Positions 1 to 10,335 of a stretch of DNA of 64,000 nt are shown here, one piece after another. The notes below the pieces were generated by a model, which saw nothing but the letters and a program-made list of their open reading frames with translations, had not been told where the DNA came from and searched no databases. The stretch is from Candidatus Uhrbacteria bacterium (GTDB taxonomy: Bacteria > Patescibacteriota > Patescibacteriia > GWA2-47-26), in assembly GCA_016187515.1 (NCBI GenBank), contig JACPJN010000007.1, positions 4,046 to 68,045 of the forward strand. Reading direction: 5' to 3'. The translations under genes were made by a program, and so were the position numbers. Each line of letters begins with the position of its first letter. The stretch's first letter is position 1.

Positions 1-122
1 CCGACGGCTCTGCATGTTATCCTCCATTTTCCGCCGCAGATGTTTGCGGCGACCTGAATACCTTATCTAAAATTGTGAATTCCGGCAAGTTTGTGTATTG
101 GGCCGCTGCGCTTGTTGGAGCG

Positions 123-1271
123 TTAGTAGCGCACCCCATAATTTTCCGGCACAATCTCAATCCAGGTTACTCCCGCGTTGAATTCCACCTCGTGTCCTTG
201 CGCGTCATACCAGCGCATCCGCTCGCGCGCACTCGGTTTTTTCCACACTCCGACCGTAACGCGGCCATCCTGAAATACCAGTCCTTTGCCTTCCCCCAGC
301 GTGGTAAATTCTTTGCGCCCCACGGCATCCAGAATTTTCATTTTCTGAAACGCCACCGCGATATTTTTGGCAATAATCTCTTTCCCGTTCGCGCCGCGAT
401 GCGCGCCATCCCATTGTATCCGCTTGTAGTGATTCTCAAATTTGTCGTAAAGCCACTGCGCACCATAGGGCGCGGCGTAGCCGATTTGAATATCATTCAC
501 ATCTCCGCGCAAATCCGGCGGAGCGTCGGATTTAAACTTCCAAACCCCCACTGTATCTCCCCCTTGGCGAGGGGGAGAAAGAGGGGGTGGAAAATTTTGG
601 TACGCCTTCTCCAGCAACTCCGTATTCGTATACAAATGGTGCGGTCTTGGCCGGCCATCTTTTGCGTAAAAATACTGCGGCTGATACCATTGATCCAAGT
701 CCTGCACGCCATCAACACTCTCCACACGCAACATATTGTAAGCCGCCGGCGAAGATCCCACATGCGCGAAAAGCGTATTAAACTCCGCGGCCCAGTCCAG
801 AAAGTAAGGCCGCGCGCTGCGCACCGGGCCGATTTCGATCGTGGTTTCCGCGTTGTTCCGCGTCAGGGCCGCTGGCACAGCCTTGGAAATTTGAGCGGCC
901 CCTGCGGCCCTTTGTTCCGCGTTGTTCCGCGGAGCCATGGTATACGTGGGTAGTACAAAATACCCCAAAAACCTCGTAATATTCGCTTCGGTCACCGCTT
1001 CAAACACCAGCGCCGCCTCCGCAATCCCCGAGATCGGCTGGGCCTCGATCATGTTTTCCACCAGCACCCCGGCGACCGGCGGATTCTCCTGGCCTTGTTC
1101 CACCATCATCCCGTCAATTGCCCGGCGCACTTTTGGCGTCTCCGCTATCACCGCCTCCTTTGAAACCTCATCCTGCCACGGACGAATCACCCACATCAAA
1201 ACAAAAACAGCCGTGACGATGATCACCGCTATCCCAAGCTCCTTTTTCCGGTCTCTTTTTGTTTTTTTCAT
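123..1271 (-). CDS. DUF3048 (YerB-like) domain protein, N-terminal membrane anchor
   Basis: ORF 123..1358; probable start at MKKTKRDRKK preceded by GGAGG; N-terminal TM helix; motif PISGIAEAALVFEAVTEANITRFLGYF typical of DUF3048; carries an in-frame REP-like insertion (~540-600) and TRNNAE tandem-repeat insertion (841-930). Confidence 0.55.
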   Translation of the reverse strand: MKKTKRDRKKELGIAVIIVTAVFVLMWVIRPWQDEVSKEAVIAETPKVRRAIDGMMVEQGQENPPVAGVLVENMIEAQPISGIAEAALVFEAVTEANITRFLGYFVLPTYTMAPRNNAEQRAAGAAQISKAVPAALTRNNAETTIEIGPVRSARPYFLDWAAEFNTLFAHVGSSPAAYNMLRVESVDGVQDLDQWYQPQYFYAKDGRPRPHHLYTNTELLEKAYQNFPPPLSPPRQGGDTVGVWKFKSDAPPDLRGDVNDIQIGYAAPYGAQWLYDKFENHYKRIQWDGAHRGANGKEIIAKNIAVAFQKMKILDAVGRKEFTTLGEGKGLVFQDGRVTVGVWKKPSARERMRWYDAQGHEVEFNAGVTWIEIVPENYGVRY

Positions 1272-1492
1272 ATTCCTCCATTTCCATTTTTCCCCTCCAC
1301 TGGCGGAGGCGCCGATGCGCGGCGTTTCCGAATGAGGACCCTTGCGCAGCCCCGCCATTGTATTGTTTTCTTTTAAGATGCAACCGATTGGCGGGGCGAG
1401 CAGGAGCGCAGCGGGGATATTCGTGAATGAGAGAAAATGGTTACGCTGACGCGTGTCCGAAGAGGAAATGCCGCGTGGCGGTGCCGGAGCAA

Positions 1493-2185
1493 CTACTTCT
1501 TTTTCTCCTCTTTCTTCCCCTCTTCCTCTTCTTTCTTCGCTTTTTCCGCTTTCTTCTCATCCCCAACAGAGGTAATTTTCTCAATCACCTCTTTTTCCGA
1601 AGGCGCGGGAGCGGCCTCTTCTTCCACTCTGGGCGGCTGGGCCAGGACGACCTTCTCTTCCGCCCGGGTCAGTACCGTAATGCCGCTGGGAATCTTCAGG
1701 TCTTTAACGGCGATCGTATCCTCAAAAGTCCGCAGCGGCGCGATATCCACTTCAATCTCGTGCACCAAATCCTGCGGCAAACATTCCGCCTGGAGTTCTT
1801 GTAAATTCTTGACCAGCACCCCGCCAAGCTCTTTGATCGCCGCGGATTCGCCTTTGAACTTGAGCGGAATGGTCACCTTCAATTTTTCGGTCATGGAGAC
1901 CTGATAAAAATCCACGTGAATGGGCTTAAGATGGAGGTGATGCTTGGCCACCTCCTGAATCAACACCTTAACCGGCGCTTCATCTCCAACCTGAAGATCC
2001 ACCAAGGTGGACTCCCCGGCCTGCTTATACACTTTTTCAAACGCGCGGGCCTCAATCTGCACGTTTTGAGACGGCACATGATGCCCATAGAGCACGGCTG
2101 GGACAACCCCCGCGCGCCGAAGCGCCGGGGCTTTTTTCCCCGCCGTATCCCGCCTCTGCGCTTGTAAACTGATGGTTTGCTGCAT
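1493..2185 (-). CDS. rplY: 50S ribosomal protein L25/general stress protein Ctc
   Basis: 230 aa; N-terminus MQQTISLQAQRRDTAGKKAPALRRAGVVPAVLYG matches L25/Ctc; Lys/Glu-rich C-terminal tail. Confidence 0.85.
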   Translation of the reverse strand: MQQTISLQAQRRDTAGKKAPALRRAGVVPAVLYGHHVPSQNVQIEARAFEKVYKQAGESTLVDLQVGDEAPVKVLIQEVAKHHLHLKPIHVDFYQVSMTEKLKVTIPLKFKGESAAIKELGGVLVKNLQELQAECLPQDLVHEIEVDIAPLRTFEDTIAVKDLKIPSGITVLTRAEEKVVLAQPPRVEEEAAPAPSEKEVIEKITSVGDEKKAEKAKKEEEEGKKEEKKK

Positions 2186-2325
2186 ATTATAGATTTGAGA
2201 GCGCTTTGCAATTCAATACACGTGCACAAAAGAATACCATATCCCGCGTACCCTTGTCAACTCCACCGGTATAGTGTACGATCAAGGCGCTCTTTTAACC
2301 CGTACACTCAAAAAGGAGGAAAGGC

Positions 2326-2623
2326 CATGGGCGAACCCGAACATCCGCTGATTATCCTGCTATTTGGGGCATTCATTGTTCTTTTTTTCGCCGTGCTTAT
2401 CTCTCAAGCGCTCCGCGGATGTCCGCATGCGGACGAAGATGTCCAAGGGGACATTAGAGGCGATCACCAAAGGATGTCTGACCGCGCGATCCGCGACGCC
2501 GGCGCGCCCGGACCGGACCGCTTTACCGGCCGGATCTTCATCCGCCCGGAATTCAAGTACAGCGACCATGCTCCGGACACGGCCGATGATCTGGATTTGC
2601 GCCGGGACGGCGGCACGCTGTAG
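2326..2623 (+). CDS. small membrane protein (hypothetical)
   Basis: ATG at 2326 preceded by AAAGGAGGAAAGGCC; one TM helix (LIILLFGAFIVLFFAVLISQAL); GC-rich relative to flanks. Confidence 0.4.
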
Positions 2624-2686
2624 ACGCCACGCTGCACTTTGTGCTACACTAAACTTGTCCACAAGGACAGAAAGGAGAGAAATCCC

Positions 2687-2827
2687 ATGGGAGACGGCTG
2701 TTACCCAGACCACTTCATCGTCCTCGGCAAGCTCATCGACGGCGGAAGGTTCGGCGAAGACGGCGGACGCGTCTGCGGCGTGACCATCTGCATGGCCCTG
2801 GACAAGACCCACCTCTCGATCCACTAG
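2687..2827 (+). CDS. 46-aa Cys-containing small peptide (hypothetical)
   Basis: MGDGCYPDHFIVLGKLIDGGRFGEDGGRVCGVTICMALDKTHLSIH; preceded by conserved leader tgctacactaaacttgtccacaaggacagaaaggagagaaa shared with peptide gene at 3993. Confidence 0.35.
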   Translation: MGDGCYPDHFIVLGKLIDGGRFGEDGGRVCGVTICMALDKTHLSIH

Positions 2828-2919
2828 GAGTAGCGCGAGAGCGCGCGTCAATGCCCCGATCGCAGCAGCGGGGCTACTCCACGCACCTTCAACTCAACCG
2901 CACGAAAGGAGGAAACGCC

Positions 2920-2946
2920 ATGTGCTCGCTCACGTGCACCACGTAG
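2920..2946 (+). CDS. 8-aa peptide MCSLTCTT (possible mini-ORF)
   Basis: ATG 8 nt after strong SD AAAGGAGG; directly followed by GC-rich hairpin + T-run terminator; leader shares tccacgcac motif with 8840-8900 leader. Confidence 0.25.
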   Translation: MCSLTCTT

Positions 2947-2972
2947 CCACACGGCTACCCGCTCTTCCACGC

Positions 2973-3016
2973 ACCCCGGCAACGCATCTGCATCACGCGT
3001 CGCCGGGTTTTTTTAA
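2973..3016 (+). terminator. rho-independent terminator (copy 1 of duplicated module)
   Basis: ccccggcaacgc...gcgtcgccggg hairpin followed by ttttttt; the same ~55-nt module recurs at 4090-4147. Confidence 0.6.
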
Positions 3017-3019
3017 TCT

Positions 3020-3183
3020 AAGGGACTGTTGCCGAATATCATTTCTACTGCAATTTCCAGATTTCGGCTGCAGCTTTGCAAAAATTGTTCAACAGATACT
3101 CCGTATATGCTTCACAATTTTTGCTTTGCTTCGCTCAAAATCTGAAAATTTCGTTACGAAAGCATATTCGGCAACAGTCCCTT
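3020..3183. mobile_element. MITE-like element with 20-bp perfect terminal inverted repeats
   Basis: aagggactgttgccgaatat at 3020-3039 and its exact reverse complement at 3164-3183 flank an AT-rich 124-bp core; no ORF. Confidence 0.5.
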
Positions 3184-3202
3184 TCCGCAAAGCGATTTCC
3201 AA

Positions 3203-3640
3203 TCAAAATTTGTGTGTGTTTAAAAATTCGCCGGGCGTTATAATAAACACTGGCAATCGTAAATCGGCTAGCTTGATATTGCGAAGAAGATGTTTCTGAT
3301 CCAGAGTCAAAAGAATGGGGGTATCACTCAACAGCGCCCCCAATACAATTGGGATGTCTTTATCCGGGACGCAGGAACGCAGACGATACTCCAACACCAA
3401 AGGAATGTCGGCAAGGGATTGAATGCGGGGTTGAATTGCGGTCAAGTTATTATAATGCCGGGCAACTGCCTCGCTACCTAGCTTTTTCTCAATATTTCGC
3501 TCGGCTTCCGCAAGCGCATGGGCTACCGTGACGACGCGTATCTTTTCCCGCTTAGCCAATTCAATAACAAAGTGCGATCCACCACTGGGTGACCGCACTG
3601 CGGCAAAAAATATATTCGCATCCAAAAATACCGGCTCCAT
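3203..3640 (-). CDS. PIN-domain toxin (VapC-like)
   Basis: 145 aa; N-terminal FLDANIFFAA... with acidic residues typical of PIN nucleases. Confidence 0.65.
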   Translation of the reverse strand: MEPVFLDANIFFAAVRSPSGGSHFVIELAKREKIRVVTVAHALAEAERNIEKKLGSEAVARHYNNLTAIQPRIQSLADIPLVLEYRLRSCVPDKDIPIVLGALLSDTPILLTLDQKHLLRNIKLADLRLPVFIITPGEFLNTHKF

Positions 3641-3664
3641 AGCAAGAAATAGCCCGCCCCTTTA

Positions 3665-3871
3665 TTATACGGTGAGCAATTTTTCCAATCGCGCGCGCGT
3701 GGCACGATCAATCCGATCCATCTTGGCAAATTCGCGAATCCGCTTTTCAGAATATTCCTCAATTCCCCAGCGGAGCTCCGGAATGAAACGTAGCATCTCA
3801 TTATAAAGCGTTGCTCTCCTTTTCAGAATTTCATAACGGCTCTTTGGAAGCGTCACAGTTGAAGAAGACAT
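3665..3871 (-). CDS. putative antitoxin (VapB-like) upstream of PIN gene
   Basis: 68-aa ORF immediately upstream of and co-oriented with the PIN gene, the classic toxin-antitoxin arrangement. Confidence 0.45.
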   Translation of the reverse strand: MSSSTVTLPKSRYEILKRRATLYNEMLRFIPELRWGIEEYSEKRIREFAKMDRIDRATRARLEKLLTV

Positions 3872-3992
3872 AAAAATAGATAATCATTTTACTTATGTGG
3901 TTAAGTATACCAATCCCCTACCCCGCGTGTCAAACTTATCTATTGTGTGCTACACTAAACTTGTCCACAAGGACAGAAAGGAGAGAAAATTC

Positions 3993-4079
3993 CATGCGCA
4001 CGTTCTTTTTCGGACTGGCACTGGTGCTGACCATGCTCACGGCGCCCAACGTGGCCCACGCGTTCGTGATCATGTTCTA
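3993..4079 (+). CDS. 28-aa hydrophobic peptide (type I toxin-like/small membrane peptide)
   Basis: MRTFFFGLALVLTMLTAPNVAHAFVIMF; same leader as 2687 peptide; followed by terminator module copy 2. Confidence 0.35.
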
Positions 4080-4089
4080 GCCCCGCCGG

Positions 4090-4147
4090 CTACGCTCTTC
4101 CACGCACCCCGGCAACGCATCTGCATCACGCGTCGCCGGGTTTTTTT
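4090..4147 (+). terminator. rho-independent terminator (copy 2 of duplicated module)
   Basis: gctcttccacgcaccccggcaacgcatctgcatcacgcgtcgccgggttttttt, identical to 2960-3016. Confidence 0.6.
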
Positions 4148-4168
4148 AATTTTTTCCTCCTCTCCACT

Positions 4169-4367
4169 AAAGTATAAGGATGTCTCGTGACGGCGACTCG
4201 CAGCAAAAATGTTGCGCAGGTCGAGCGGGCAAGGCGTCCCGACCGCGGTCGGGACGAGCGAGACCGAGCACAAGCAACGGCCGCCTCGCTGGGGCGGCCG
4301 ATTGCGGTTTTTGCGCGAGTCGCCGGCACGGGACAGCCGTCGCGCTACCCCCTCACCCTTATACTTT
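4169..4367. other. GC-rich nested-hairpin element (structured RNA or MITE-like)
   Basis: Outer IR aaagtataagg/ccttatacttt (4169-4179, 4357-4367); inner IR gacggcgactcgc/gcgagtcgccggc; perfect palindrome gtcccgaccgcggtcgggac 4236-4255; hairpin ggccgcctcgctggggcggcc. Confidence 0.4.
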
Positions 4368-5442
4368 GCACCACCCCCAGCATTAAAAAATTCGCAAGCA
4401 GCGCGGAACCCCCGAGCGACACAAACGGCAGCGGCAGCCCGACAATCGGCAGAACCCCAAGATTCATTCCCGCGTTAAGCAAAACCTGCACCCCTAAAAC
4501 CAAGAAAAACCCCGCCACGCAAAACATCGCGAAACCGTCAGTAATGGCGCGCAGCAGATTCGCGAGCCGCCACACGATTACCCCATAAGCCCCCAGTACC
4601 AGAAGCACGCCGAAAAGTCCAAGCTGTTCGGCCAGCACCGCGAAGATAAAATCGGTCTGCGCTTCGGGCAAAAACCGCAGCTGCGATTGCGAACCCTGGC
4701 CAAGGCCCCGGCCGGCAATCCCGCCGGCGCCCACGGCAATCACGGATTGGCGAATATTATAGCCATGCCCAAACGGATCCCGTTCGGGATCAAGAAAACT
4801 CAACACCCGCTCTTTTTGATAATCGCGCAAGAAAAATTGCCAGCTCAACAGCGCGGCAAAAACCACCGCGATAATTCCGCCCCACAGGTAGCGTCCGGGC
4901 ACTCTGGCAAAAAGCACCATCCCAAAAGTAATGGCTAAAAGCACAAGCGCCGAACCCAGATCCGGCTGGGCCAGGGTCAGCGCGGTATAAAGCCCGCCCA
5001 AAATGCCGACCCCCAGCATGACTTTCAGATCCACCAGATGCGCTTTGCGATCAAGATAATTCGCGACGACCATAATCAGAATGATTTTGGCGAGCTCCAC
5101 CGGCTGCGCGGTATAACCCAGGATGGAAAGCCAGCCGCGCGTTCCGCGCACGGTCACCCCAAACAGGATCACCCCGGTAAGCGCCGCGGCTCCGGCCACA
5201 TAGAGAAAACGCGTTAGCGAACGCCACACCCGAAAATCCACCAGGGTCAGTCCGAGGGCGGCCGCAAACCCGACCCCCGTAAACACCAATTGTTTTCTGA
5301 AATTGAAAAGCCGCCCGGGGTCTTGCGCCAGATCCACGCTCCAAATCGCTAAGAGCCCGAGGGCAACCAAAATCCCCACCGCTGAAAAAAGGATCCAATC
5401 AATACGCCGAAAAATACGCAAAATTTGCGGCATAAATTCCAA
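4345..5442 (-). CDS. ftsW: SEDS-family peptidoglycan glycosyltransferase FtsW/RodA
   Basis: 365 aa polytopic; motifs PDLGSALVL, LPFVSLGGSALLANF characteristic of FtsW/RodA/SpoVE. Confidence 0.85.
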   Translation of the reverse strand: MEFMPQILRIFRRIDWILFSAVGILVALGLLAIWSVDLAQDPGRLFNFRKQLVFTGVGFAAALGLTLVDFRVWRSLTRFLYVAGAAALTGVILFGVTVRGTRGWLSILGYTAQPVELAKIILIMVVANYLDRKAHLVDLKVMLGVGILGGLYTALTLAQPDLGSALVLLAITFGMVLFARVPGRYLWGGIIAVVFAALLSWQFFLRDYQKERVLSFLDPERDPFGHGYNIRQSVIAVGAGGIAGRGLGQGSQSQLRFLPEAQTDFIFAVLAEQLGLFGVLLVLGAYGVIVWRLANLLRAITDGFAMFCVAGFFLVLGVQVLLNAGMNLGVLPIVGLPLPFVSLGGSALLANFLMLGVVQSIRVRG

Positions 5443-5568
5443 ATCACAAGCACCAAATTACAAGGAAATCTCAAGCTCCAAATCACAAATCACAGTCGTT
5501 TGTAATTTGAAATTTGTGGTTTGGTATTTGTTTGTTTTTTGGGATTTGTAATTTGGCGCCTCTTAATC

Positions 5569-6414
5569 CTACGGCTTAAGATACACCTCCGGGTTCATCA
5601 AATCAATTATCGGCACCACTTCGATATTCGAAATCGCCCCGAGGCGATCAATCCACGTCAGCTCTAGTTTGCGCGTCTGGCCTGATCTAAACTCATCAAC
5701 CGTAACCCCTTGGGCCCCTTGCAGCCGCGAACCCTGGAAAAGCAGCACTAAAAAATCAGCCGCCACATACCCAAAGGCCGTCTTGTTAATCAGTGAAAAA
5801 GTCGCGCGCCCTACGCTCCCTTTTCCTTCCACTACCGCCGGTATGAATTTCGGATCTTGCACTTCAAAATCAAGCCGTTCCTGACGCCACTTGGCCACAT
5901 CCGGAATTTCTTTAGGGTTAATTCGCCGCCAAGAAAGATTTTCTATATTAAATACCAGCGTCCCCGCGCCGGCGGAACGAAGCGTGCGAATAAAGGGACG
6001 CTCTTCTTGAGGCAGCAGAAATCCGTTTTCCACGCGCTGAAGCTCGTCGCCGATTCCGATCGTGTAGGAGAACTCCGCCGACCACTCGGGATTGGGATTT
6101 TGTACGCGCGCCAGCACATCCGTAACCTCCCCGGAACGCAACAGCTCTATTCCGCCAAGCTGCAGATCAACCGGCCGATTGGCCAGACGCGCGGCTTCGC
6201 CGGGAATGGCGGTTTTTAAGAGCTCGAGGTCTTGCAGTTTGCGCTTGTTCGAAAACAAGAGCTCTTGACCAACCCCCCATCCGGAATAGACGATCAGCGC
6301 CCCGTCCAGCGCCAAAATTATACCCAGCGCGGCTTTGCGCAGTACGGCCCGATGCTTGACATACCAAATCGCGGTCCCCAGTTGTTTTTCAGATAGTTCC
6401 GAATCGCTAGGCAT
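5569..6414 (-). CDS. hypothetical membrane-anchored protein
   Basis: ORF 5569..6468; likely start MPSDSELSEKQ; one N-terminal TM helix; no recognisable domain. Confidence 0.4.
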   Translation of the reverse strand: MPSDSELSEKQLGTAIWYVKHRAVLRKAALGIILALDGALIVYSGWGVGQELLFSNKRKLQDLELLKTAIPGEAARLANRPVDLQLGGIELLRSGEVTDVLARVQNPNPEWSAEFSYTIGIGDELQRVENGFLLPQEERPFIRTLRSAGAGTLVFNIENLSWRRINPKEIPDVAKWRQERLDFEVQDPKFIPAVVEGKGSVGRATFSLINKTAFGYVAADFLVLLFQGSRLQGAQGVTVDEFRSGQTRKLELTWIDRLGAISNIEVVPIIDLMNPEVYLKP

Positions 6415-6529
6415 AGTCTTGTATTGTAGCACAAAATGTGATATACTGGTATCTAGTAATCGACCCATGGTGTTATTGAGTGGTTATGTTATTGGATGTT
6501 CAATACTTAATAACTTAATCACTTACTAA

Positions 6530-8704
<2,175 letters not shown>

Positions 8705-8705
8705 A

Positions 8706-8800
8706 ACGGAACACCCCCTCTCGCTCCCCCTCATTAAGGGGGAGAAATCGACAAACAATTTCCTCCCCTTTTCAAGGGGAGGTTGGGAGGGGTCAGGCGG
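8706..8800. repeat. REP-like palindromic elements after gyrB
   Basis: ccccctctcgctccccctcattaagggggag...cctccccttttcaaggggaggttgggaggggtc. Confidence 0.7.
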
Positions 8801-8897
8801 AAACAATTGAATGTCTTACCGCCGGGGCTTGCCCCCGGCTTTTTGCTATGCTACACTCCCCTTAGCCGCACCTTCCACGCACAAAGGAGAAATCGCC

Positions 8898-9221
8898 ATG
8901 CCGTACTGTCTGATTGGTAAGCTCGTTGTCTGGGGCGTGCTACCGCTCGCCTATCTTTTCTTCTCCATCTGGGCCTGCAGTGCGCTAACCCAGGCACTGC
9001 GCAAACCGCTGCTTGGCCACTACTACGGCCCGAACTTCTGGATCGAGAGCGCCTACAACGCGATCGACTACACCGGGCCGAACACCTTCATGGCCGGACT
9101 GAACACGGTCATCGTTTTTCTCCTGGCCCCGTTCCTCAACACGCTCGGCTTCCTTGAATTCGGCATCCGCTACGCCCTCAAGCGCTGGCGCAAGACCGCC
9201 ACCCCCGCCGCGCTCGCCTAG
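8898..9221 (+). CDS. small polytopic membrane protein (hypothetical)
   Basis: 107 aa from MPYCLIGKLVVWGV; SD AAAGGAGAAATCGCC; leader contains gctacact and tccacgcac motifs shared with 2.6-4.0 kb peptide genes; GC-rich terminator with T8 at 9300-9345. Confidence 0.4.
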   Translation: MPYCLIGKLVVWGVLPLAYLFFSIWACSALTQALRKPLLGHYYGPNFWIESAYNAIDYTGPNTFMAGLNTVIVFLLAPFLNTLGFLEFGIRYALKRWRKTATPAALA

Positions 9222-9407
9222 TCCGCGCCTTCCCATCATAGTTTACCCGCCTAACTTTACCCTCTGCCGAAGGAAAGTTTGGCGGGCTCCTTCCCGTGGC
9301 CCACGCCCGCGCGCGCCGCCACGGTGTTTTTTTTAATTTTTGTCTAAGTTCTAAGCCAGGATACGAACCAGCTACCCACCTTGGCAATCACCTCCTGACC
9401 ACCGGAT

Positions 9408-9433
9408 CTATTATAAGCGATCGCTTATAATAG
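9408..9433. promoter_or_regulatory. 26-bp perfect palindrome ctattataagcgatcgcttataatag
   Basis: Exact palindrome read directly; lies between convergent genes. Confidence 0.4.
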
Positions 9434-9479
9434 CTCCTGACTAACGTTGTCCACAAACCCAGTGGCGGACCGAAGAGAA

Positions 9480-9620
9480 ATCCCCCTCGCCCCGACTCGC
9501 TGTGAATTATGAGGGCGTCACGATTCGTAACCCCCTCTAACTCCCCCTTACCCTAAGGGGGAGAAAAATTTCATCCGTGATCCGTGGCTATCCTGTTCTC
9601 TATCCGCGGCTATCCGTAAC
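9480..9620. repeat. REP-like element with 3' extension gtgatccgtggctatcc...ctatccgcggctatcc
   Basis: aatccccctcgcccc...cgtaaccccctctaactcccccttaccctaagggggag followed by the extension; same composite at 21030-21212. Confidence 0.65.
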
Positions 9621-10088
9621 GTGCCTCAAGGCATAGAGCGCCACTCCGGCCGCCACCGAAACATTGAGTGATTCTTTTTTGCCGAGCATGGGGATATGGA
9701 CGATGGCGTCGGCACGTTCCAGTACTCCGCGCGAAACGCCGTTGACTTCATTGCCAACCACGATTGCCACAGGAAACCGTGGTTTAAATTTTTTTATTGA
9801 TTGAGATTTTTTTGTTTGTTCAAGCGCAACAACTTGCACTCCTTGTGCCTGCAATTCCTCCACCACCTTCCACGTCTGTCCCCTTTTCTCCCACGGCACG
9901 GTTTGCTCCGCCCCCAGCGCGACTTTGGCAATTTCTTTGCGCGGCGGGGTACCGGTATATCCGCATAAATATACTTTAGCCACACCAAACGCATCAGCGC
10001 TGCGAAACAGCGACCCCACATTGTGCAAACTGCGAATTCGGTCCGCCACCAGATAAACCGCACCCTTGTGCATAATGCCCCTTGACAT
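9600..10088 (-). CDS. SpoU/TrmH-family RNA 2'-O-methyltransferase
   Basis: ORF 9600..10127; motifs VVGNEVNGVSRGVLERADAIVHIPMLG...SLNVSVAAGVALY typical of SPOUT class; alternative start at 10127. Confidence 0.7.
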   Translation of the reverse strand: MSRGIMHKGAVYLVADRIRSLHNVGSLFRSADAFGVAKVYLCGYTGTPPRKEIAKVALGAEQTVPWEKRGQTWKVVEELQAQGVQVVALEQTKKSQSIKKFKPRFPVAIVVGNEVNGVSRGVLERADAIVHIPMLGKKESLNVSVAAGVALYALRHVTDSRG

Positions 10089-10150
10089 AAAATCTGCCTT
10101 ATTATACACTATTCCCACTGCCCGCAACAGGGCTTTTTTAAGACCAAATT

Positions 10151-10330
10151 ATGCGCCTGATAAACTATCTCAAAGAATCACAGCAGGAAATGAAAAAAGT
10201 GGTCTGGCCGTCTAAAAAAGAAACCACCAATTATACCTTGGCCGTGGTCTTCATCAGCTTGGGTATTGCCGTCTTCTTCGCGATCGTTGACTATTTTCTG
10301 AACATCGGACTGGAAAAAATAATTCGCTAG
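10151..10330 (+). CDS. secE: preprotein translocase subunit SecE
   Basis: 59-aa ORF (below ORF-track cutoff): MRLINYLKESQQEMKKVVWPSKKETTNYTLAVVFISLGIAVFFAIVDYFLNIGLEKIIR; single TM; directly upstream of nusG as in the conserved secE-nusG-rplK-rplA operon. Confidence 0.8.
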   Translation: MRLINYLKESQQEMKKVVWPSKKETTNYTLAVVFISLGIAVFFAIVDYFLNIGLEKIIR

Positions 10331-10335
10331 TTCAT

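Noticed and set aside
75-953. Plus-strand ORF 75..953 (292 aa)
   Set aside because: It is antisense to the DUF3048 gene, Arg-rich and low-complexity, and lacks an SD.
2920-3016. MCSLTCTT + terminator as a Thr/Cys-sensing transcription attenuator
   Set aside because: The leader peptide + terminator geometry fits, but no same-strand structural gene follows. The downstream genes are on the minus strand.
9350-9400. tRNA suggested by 'ggatacgaacc' T-arm-like sequence
   Set aside because: No acceptor or anticodon arms could be built, and the T-loop would lack the conserved A58.
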